From an uncultured Nitrososphaerota archaeon (GTDB taxonomy: Archaea > Thermoproteota > Nitrososphaeria > Conexivisphaerales > DTJL01), in the NCBI GenBank assembly GCA_963842885.1, contig CAWJIE010000005.1, positions 192,001-256,000 of the forward strand: a stretch of 64,000 bases of DNA, read 5' to 3'. Shown here piece by piece: positions 57,856-64,000 of this stretch. A program made the position numbers and the translations under genes. The notes under the pieces are model-generated. The model was not told where the DNA came from and made no database searches. It was given only the letters and a program-made list of their open reading frames with translations. Within the stretch, counting starts at the first letter, position 1. Every line of letters starts with the position of its first letter.

Positions 57856-58779
57856 TTGACAATGGCCTTCTTCATCGTCAACCCTGCCGCAGCGAACGGC
57901 AGGATCAAGAAAGAATGGGCGTCCATCCTGGAGACGGCGAGGGCAGAGTACTCCCCCGCCCTCGGCTTCGCGCTCACGGGCGGGCCCGGCGATGGAGCAC
58001 CCTTGGCGAAGAAGGCCCTGAAGGAAGGCTATGACGTCATCGTTCCTGTAGGGGGCGACGGGACCCTCAACGAGGTCGTCAACGGCTTCTTCGAGGACGA
58101 CAGGCCGGTGAACCCTTCGGCTTCTCTGGGCGTCATCTCCCTCGGCACAGGGAGCGACTTCATCAGGACCCTGGGCATCCCCAAGGACCTCCATGCCTAT
58201 CTCGAGACCCTGAGGAGGGCGAATACAAGGACCGTTGACACCGTACGGAGCGTCGTCACGGCCCCGGACGGGTCCAGGAAGGTCAGGTACTTCATCAACG
58301 TGGGCGACTTCGGCTCCGGAGGCGCCGTCGTCGAGAAGGTCAACCGCACAAGCAAGGCGCTGGGAGGGAGGATCTCCTTCCTCTGGGGGATTCTCACTAC
58401 GCTCCCCCGCTACAAGAACAAGGAGATAACATACTCTGTGGACGGCGGCGAGGAGAGGACGGAGGTCCTCAACAACTTCGTCGTGGCCAACGGGCGGTTC
58501 TACGGCGGCGGGCTCAAGCCGGCCCCCGAAGCTTCCCTCGACGACGGCCAGTTGGACATCGTGACCATGGGGGACTTCCGCTTCAGGGAGGTCCTCTTCA
58601 GCCTCGGGAAGCTAAGGGAGGGCACCCACCTTTCCAATCCCAAGGTTGGGTTCGTCAGGGGGAGGAAGGTTGTTGCGAGGTCAGAGAAGAATGTCCTCAT
58701 CGAGGAGGACGGCGAGCTAGTGGGCTGCCTCCCCGCGGAGTTCGAAGTAGTTCCGAAGTCCATCTCCCTGATCTGCTGA
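57856..58779 (+). CDS. Diacylglycerol kinase family lipid kinase (YegS/DgkB-like)
   Basis: IVNPAA, GGDGTLNEVVNG, LGTGSDF, NGRFYGGG, DGE. Confidence 0.92.
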   Translation: MTMAFFIVNPAAANGRIKKEWASILETARAEYSPALGFALTGGPGDGAPLAKKALKEGYDVIVPVGGDGTLNEVVNGFFEDDRPVNPSASLGVISLGTGSDFIRTLGIPKDLHAYLETLRRANTRTVDTVRSVVTAPDGSRKVRYFINVGDFGSGGAVVEKVNRTSKALGGRISFLWGILTTLPRYKNKEITYSVDGGEERTEVLNNFVVANGRFYGGGLKPAPEASLDDGQLDIVTMGDFRFREVLFSLGKLREGTHLSNPKVGFVRGRKVVARSEKNVLIEEDGELVGCLPAEFEVVPKSISLIC

Positions 58780-58843
58780 TGCCACTCCCGGGTCCGGCCT
58801 CTTTGGTGGGAGGCGTGGAAGACAGAGCGACGCGGATGGATCC

Positions 58844-59540
58844 CTAGACGCTGTGGACTTCGAATTCGCAGTACCGTTCCCCGTCGGCCAGGCAGGCGAC
58901 GTTCTCTATGACCAGCTTGCCCCTAGTGGCCTCCATCTGGCCGTCCCTCAGACCTTCCTCCACCGTCTTGCAGACGTAGAGCGGATACTTCACAGCCAGC
59001 TCCTTGAATGGACAGCTGAAGACCCTGTAGACGAGGCGGTCAGCGCTCTCCTCGACGATCTCGGGTTCGCCAACGGATTCGGCCAGGGCGCGGTTGACGT
59101 AGAGGTGCTTGTACTTATCGACAGTCCAATCCGAGATGCTTGTTCTCGGAGGCTAGGGCCAGGAGGGCATCGCTGCCATTCCTGTGCCCCATCTCCCAAA
59201 GGGCCTTCTTGAATTGTTCTTCACCCAGCATCTTCTGGAAGGTCTTGATCATGTCGTCAGAGAACCTCTGATACTCCCTCTTTGGGAAAGTCAGGAGCGG
59301 AGGATGCTCGCTGACCCGGTAGTAGGCCTTCGGCTTCCCCCTCCTCCCCTTTATCTCATACCTCTCGATCAGGCCGACGCTCTCCAGGGCCTTCATGTGA
59401 TACCTGACCGTGAACATCCCCAGGGACAGCTTGTCGGCTATCTCCTTGATGCCCTTCGGACCACCGTACAATAACCTGAAGATCTCCAACCTTGATTTGC
59501 TTGTCAGCACACGGTAGACCTCCACTTCACTCACTGACAT
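58844..59540 (-). CDS. ArsR-type HTH regulator with a C-terminal V4R-like Cys domain (frameshift near 59135)
   Basis: SRLEIF..TVRYHMKALESVGLI..RGKPKAYY, then SCPFKELA..VC..ACLADGERYCEF. Confidence 0.78.
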
Positions 59541-59818
59541 GCGCTCTCAAAGACCAGGCATTATTGGCCAATCTGACTATATAAAAGTAATGATAGCATA
59601 CTTTAAACAATTATTTCGGCACATAAAACATATAGAACAAAGATGTTGCAGGAAAGGCAAACAAGAATGCAAGGGTGTTGAGCTATGCTGACGACAATAA
59701 TAGTTATTTTGGTTATATCATCGCCACTTCGCTGCATACCAGCATTAAAGCTCACTGCATGCAGAGACCCAAACGGACGCACGAATCGAATTTGGACTGA
59801 TTACCAGGGAGACGAGGC

Positions 59819-60244
59819 CTACTTGACCACCAAGACGGGGCACTTCGAGAACCGGACCACCCTTTCTGACACGCTTCCCATCAGCAGCCTTTCGAGCGTC
59901 CCTGTGCCCCTGCTCCCCACAATCAGCAGGTCGGCGCCCTCCTTGGCCGCCGTGTCCAGTATCCCCTGGGCGGGATCGCCGCTGAGCAGGAGGGTCCTGG
60001 CCGTGACGCCCGCCACAGAAGCCATCGACGCGCACTTGGCCAGGGACTGCTTCCCTTCATCTTCCAGCTTGTTGAAGACATCAAGCGAGCCCAGCACGTC
60101 GTAGCTGTAGGAGGTGATGGGAATGTGCACGACATAGACGACGATGAGCTCCGACGAGAACTGCCTGGCGAGCTGAAGGGCATGCTCGAGCGCCCTCAGG
60201 GAGTTGGGGGAGCCGTCCACGCCGGCCACAATCTTCTGGTACAT
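59819..60244 (-). CDS. Universal stress protein
   Basis: YQKIVAGVDGS, GDPAQGI, LLIVGSRG, MGSVSERVV, CPVLVVK. Confidence 0.93.
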   Translation of the reverse strand: MYQKIVAGVDGSPNSLRALEHALQLARQFSSELIVVYVVHIPITSYSYDVLGSLDVFNKLEDEGKQSLAKCASMASVAGVTARTLLLSGDPAQGILDTAAKEGADLLIVGSRGTGTLERLLMGSVSERVVRFSKCPVLVVK

Positions 60245-60324
60245 CTCATGTATGATGGGCCTCTCCGCCTCATAAACATGATGAGCCCGTCGTTCGAGAA
60301 GAAAGAGCCCCTTTCGGCCGACCA

Positions 60325-60744
60325 TCAGGGGGCGGCCCGCTTGTTCTTCAGGAGGTATTTCTTCAGGGGCTCCCAGTAGGAGTCGATCCAACCCTGCCTG
60401 TAGGCTTCGGCCTGCGAGCTCGGAACCTTGGAATGGACCATCGTGAGCTTGGTCCCGCCCTTCGACGGAGTCAAAGTGATGTCGACTTGCGACGGCGGAT
60501 ATCCTTCCGGCCACTCCGTCGTGGTCCACTCCCACACGATCTTGCTTTCCTTGGCCAGGTCGAGATACTTCCCGAAGATGTAACCGTCCCAAGCCGTGAA
60601 GGAGCCGCCGACCTCGGCTTCCCCCGTCGCCGCCGCGCCCGTCATGGCCGCGTGCTTCTTCGGGTTGACCAGAGCCTCGTAGACCGCGCTCGGCGTCCCC
60701 GGGACGACGACTGCCTGGGTTATTGTCGTGGTGCTGAGCTTCAT
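60325..60744 (-). CDS. SRPBCC/AHSA1-like domain protein
   Basis: VYEAL, GGSFTAWDG, KIVWEW, GWIDSYWEPLK. Confidence 0.88.
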   Translation of the reverse strand: MKLSTTTITQAVVVPGTPSAVYEALVNPKKHAAMTGAAATGEAEVGGSFTAWDGYIFGKYLDLAKESKIVWEWTTTEWPEGYPPSQVDITLTPSKGGTKLTMVHSKVPSSQAEAYRQGWIDSYWEPLKKYLLKNKRAAP

Positions 60745-60963
60745 CGCTTGAACGGCCGGCCGCTAACTCCCTTAAACCTTCCCCATCTAACTTACCCGAC
60801 GCCGTCACCGATGGCTTCGGTCGGGCACCCCTCTGGCGCCTCGACGGTTATCGCATTCGATATAACATTAGATATAATTAAATACATCCTGAATCACGGG
60901 TCTGTCCTATGCCGAATAAAGCGACAAAGCCCGCCCCGAAAGGGGCGGGTCGGAAACGGATTC

Positions 60964-61545
60964 ATGAGACCCCAGGGGGCCCCCAGGGGTCTGCTGCACA
61001 TCTACGCCCTCTGGAAGATCGCTGGCAAGCCCATGAGTGGGTACCAGCTGATGCAGGACATCGAGGCCAAGACGGAGGGAGCGTGGCGCCCTGGCCCGGG
61101 TGCCATCTACCCCATCCTGAAGAAGCTGGCTGTCGAGGGGTACATCAAGGAGACGAAGGGGGGGAAGAAGGGCTCTTCTCAGACGGTCTACGAGATAACC
61201 GCATCTGGCAAGAGCAGGATCGCCGCCGCGAGGAAGGTCTCCAGGTCATCCGGCGAACGGTGGACACTGATGAGGCGGGTGTTCTCCGACCTCATGGAGC
61301 CAGAGGACCTGAACAGGTTCGTCATCGAATCCCCTTCGAGGCACTTCGAGTTCGTCCATGAATTGATGCTGTCCAACGGCGACAGGATAAGCCAAGAAGA
61401 CAAGCTCTACCTCCTCCACCAGTACAACCTGCTCCTGGAAAGGGAGCTGAACTGGAGCGAGAAGGCCCTCAAGACGCTGTCGGGGAGCGGGTCCTCGAAG
61501 GCGCCGGCCCCGGAGGCCCAGGCCTTGGAGGCGGACCAGCGATGA
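60964..61545 (+). CDS. PadR family transcriptional regulator
   Basis: PMSGYQLM, WRPGPGAIYPIL, YEITASG. Confidence 0.9.
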   Translation: MRPQGAPRGLLHIYALWKIAGKPMSGYQLMQDIEAKTEGAWRPGPGAIYPILKKLAVEGYIKETKGGKKGSSQTVYEITASGKSRIAAARKVSRSSGERWTLMRRVFSDLMEPEDLNRFVIESPSRHFEFVHELMLSNGDRISQEDKLYLLHQYNLLLERELNWSEKALKTLSGSGSSKAPAPEAQALEADQR

Positions 61546-62585
61546 CCGAGAACGTCCTGGTGGCAACCGACCGGAACGCCTCCTCCAACGTGCTCGTATC
61601 AGTCGAAGGTCTGACCAAGTCATTCAACGCATCTGTTAAGGCGGTGGACTCCGTCAGCTTCCAGATCACGAAGGCGAGATCTTCGGCTTCCTCGGGCCCA
61701 ACGGAGCCGGCAAGAGCACCACAATCAACATGCTCACCACCATACTCACGCCCACCTCAGGTACGGCCACAATCTGCGGCTTCGACATCGTCAAGGACGC
61801 GATGAAGGTCCGAAGGTCCGTGGGCGTGGTGCCGCAGGAGTACACGGCCGACGAGGACCTTTCCGGCATCGAGAACGTCTTGCTCTGCGCCGACCTCTAC
61901 GGCATCCCCCGTTCGGTTTCCAAGCCCAGGGCCAATGAGCTCCTCAGGCTGGTCGAGCTCGACGCTGCCGCCAAGAGGAAGGTGGACACCTACTCTGGAG
62001 GCATGAGAAGGAGGCTGGAGCTCGCCTGCGGCCTGATAAGCAGGCCGAGGCTGCTCTTCCTGGACGAGCCCACCCTCGGCCTGGACGTCCAGACGAGGAC
62101 CGCCGTATGGGACTACATCAAGAAGCTGAAGACCGAGTACAATATGACCCTGTTCATGACGACCCACTACCTCGAGGAGGCCGACGCCATGTGCGACCGG
62201 ATCGCCATCATCGACCACGGGAAGATCCTGAAGATGGGCACGCCAAAGGAGCTCAAGGACAGCCTCGGCGGCGACGTCATCGAGATAGCCGTGAAGGAGG
62301 ACTCTGAGGACCTGTCCTCCATCCTCTCCAAGGTCAGCCTCGTCAAGGAAGTCAAGAAGGAGGACCACACCTATCGCATCATGGCCGAGCTCGGAGAGGA
62401 GGCCGCGCCCGAGATCATCGAAGCCGTCAGAGACAAGGGTCTACATATCTCGAGGATTTCGGTCACGAAGCCCACGCTGGACGAAGTCTACCTGGCGATA
62501 ACAGGCCGCCGCATACGCGACGAGCAGGCCAACTGGGAGGACACGATGAGCACGCGCAGGACGATGTCAGAGGGCGAGGAGCTAG
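61542..62585 (+). CDS. ABC exporter ATPase (DrrA-like), frameshifts near 61670 and 62567
   Basis: AVDSVSF | GPNGAGKST, YSGGMRRRL, LDEPT, TTHY, PTLDEVYL. Confidence 0.88.
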
Positions 62586-62596
62586 AGGTGACGGAC

Positions 62597-63496
62597 ATGA
62601 GCAATACTTCTGCAAAGGGATCAGCTGACACGAAGCTCAGCACGAGCCCCCTCCACGGAATCTGGGCGATGACGAACAGGGAGCTCAAGAAGTGGTACAA
62701 GGCGCCCTTCGTCCTCGGCATGTCGCTCGTCCAGCCATTCATCTGGATGGGCCTCTTCGGAAAGGCCATGAACATCAGCGCCATCTTCACGGGCAGCTCC
62801 TTCAACATACCCGGCCTCAACATCCCGGCAGTCGGTGCTGAACACCCTGGCCAAGACCATGATGCAGAGCACCTTCGGCACGTCGGACTACTTCTCCTAC
62901 CTGGCCGTCGGGATGCTCGCCTTCATAACGCTCTTCACGGCCATGTTCACTGGCATGTCCATAGTGTGGGACAGGAGGTTCGGGATCCTGAACAAGTTCC
63001 TGAGCACGCCCATCTCGCGCAACGTGATACCCGTGAGCAAGGTGCTGAACTCCGCGATCAGGGGGATCATCCAGGCGGCGATCGTGCTGATGATCGCCGT
63101 GCTCTTGGGGATGAACGTCTCCAAACTCTCCGTGCTGGGGATAGCGGGGACCTTCGTGGCCCTGACCCTGATGCTGATCGGCTTCGGCTCCCTGTTCGTG
63201 ACGCTGGCCCTCAGGGCAACGAGCTGGGAGACCCAGATGGCGCTGATGAACCTGCTGAACCTGCCGCTGCTCTTCGCGAGCAACGCCATGTTCCCGGTCT
63301 CGTTCATGCCCAGCTGGCTGCAGCCGGTGGTCAGGATCAACCCGGTGAGCTACGCGGCCGACATCAGCGCCAGCTCCTTCTCGGGTCTGCCCCCACGCTG
63401 TACTCGGTGCCTTTGGAGTTCCTGTACCTGGGCGGCTTCGCCATCCTCATGGCCATCATCGGCCAGGTCATGGCCCGCAGGCTGCTCTCGAGGTAG
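62597..63496 (+). CDS. ABC-2 type permease (DrrB-like), frameshifts near 62830 and 63370
   Basis: RELKKW..LVQP | YLAVG, WDRRFG, LPLLFASNAMFP, INPVSYA. Confidence 0.85.
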   Translation: MSNTSAKGSADTKLSTSPLHGIWAMTNRELKKWYKAPFVLGMSLVQPFIWMGLFGKAMNISAIFTGSSFNIPGLNIPAVGAEHPGQDHDAEHLRHVGLLLLPGRRDARLHNALHGHVHWHVHSVGQEVRDPEQVPEHAHLAQRDTREQGAELRDQGDHPGGDRADDRRALGDERLQTLRAGDSGDLRGPDPDADRLRLPVRDAGPQGNELGDPDGADEPAEPAAALREQRHVPGLVHAQLAAAGGQDQPGELRGRHQRQLLLGSAPTLYSVPLEFLYLGGFAILMAIIGQVMARRLLSR

Positions 63497-63697
63497 ACTC
63501 ACGCGGCTGGGACGGCCGTTCCCGGGTGAACGGGTCTCGAGGCCTTCACGGGCTCCGGGACCTTCCGCTCCCTTTCCGACGTCCTTTTTTCCGTTCTTCC
63601 ATCTAGGCCAGGCCCTGAACCATCTCGGGCTGGCACCAGCGGAACCGAGACACTCAGACGGGAAACGCTAATTAGGAAACCGAGGCCAAGAACCACC

Positions 63698-64000
63698 GTG
63701 GAGAAGGTCGACGTAGTAATCCTGACCAAGGACAGCGACGACCTTCTCAGAGCCTGCCTCAGCTCCGTATACGAGAACATCCCCGTGAATCGCCTGATCG
63801 CCGTCGACGGCCATTCGAGCGACCTCACTCTGCAGATTCTCGACGAGTTCGAAACGAAGTACGGCAACGTGAAGGTGATCGAAGAGGACGGCACCCGAGG
63901 GAAGGCGCGGGAAAGGGGGATACGAGAGGTCGAGACGGAATGGTTCGTCTTCGTCGACAGCGACGTGGTCCTATGCAGGGACTGGTTCCAGAAGGCGAGC
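63698..64000 (+). CDS. Family 2 glycosyltransferase (5' part, runs off the window)
   Basis: VDVVILTKDS, VDGHSSDLT, ARERG, FVDSD. Confidence 0.88.
   Translation, partial: MEKVDVVILTKDSDDLLRACLSSVYENIPVNRLIAVDGHSSDLTLQILDEFETKYGNVKVIEEDGTRGKARERGIREVETEWFVFVDSDVVLCRDWFQKAS

Noticed and set aside
59560-59818. AT-rich stretch as a replication origin
   Set aside because: No ORB-like repeats with G-strings and no cdc6/orc1 nearby.
229-63496. Programmed frameshifting or mass pseudogenisation as the cause of split genes
   Set aside because: No shared slippery motif, mixed shift directions, essential genes affected and no accompanying nonsense decay. Sequencing error is the simpler explanation.
61730-63496. 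588-aa ABC ATPase-permease fusion
   Set aside because: An indel near 62567 bypasses the ATPase stop (62583-62585). The permease has its own SD-like GAGGTGA and ATG at 62597.
1-64000. CRISPR array, cas genes, provirus or integrase
   Set aside because: No regularly spaced direct repeats and no cas, capsid or recombinase motifs were seen by eye.

Overview
Roughly 60% GC archaeal chromosome segment. It is most likely a deep-branching, non-ammonia-oxidising Nitrososphaerota/TACK lineage, inferred from the smc-scpAB-rps8e-srp19-gar1-tfb-tfeB order, TFE-beta, the single-OB SSB and BHB introns at non-canonical tRNA positions. The left half is mostly housekeeping: chromosome segregation, transcription, tRNA/rRNA modification and processing, repair, prs and uppS. 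It carries one apparently complete IS200/IS605 element (tnpA + tnpB). Three tRNAs are present: Pro-GGG with two introns, Ser-TGA with one intron, and Gln-TTG. The right half holds accessory modules: a nucleotidyltransferase / APC permease / metallophosphoesterase trio, a K+-independent H+-PPase, a glycosylation cluster, bacterial-type asnA, a Znu-type ABC importer with a NikR-like regulator and a palindromic operator, an alkyl-DHAP-synthase-like/GlpD/DAG-kinase cluster, and a PadR-ABC exporter. The most striking observations are a TFB with about 80 aa of triple zinc ribbon inserted in its first cyclin repeat, the NTase-permease-phosphoesterase trio, the bacterial-type ether-lipid/G3P cluster, an anticodon-splitting intron and a candidate structured ncRNA. 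More than a dozen genes, some of them essential, carry small indels that look like assembly errors. All calls come from motif recognition by eye, with no database searches.
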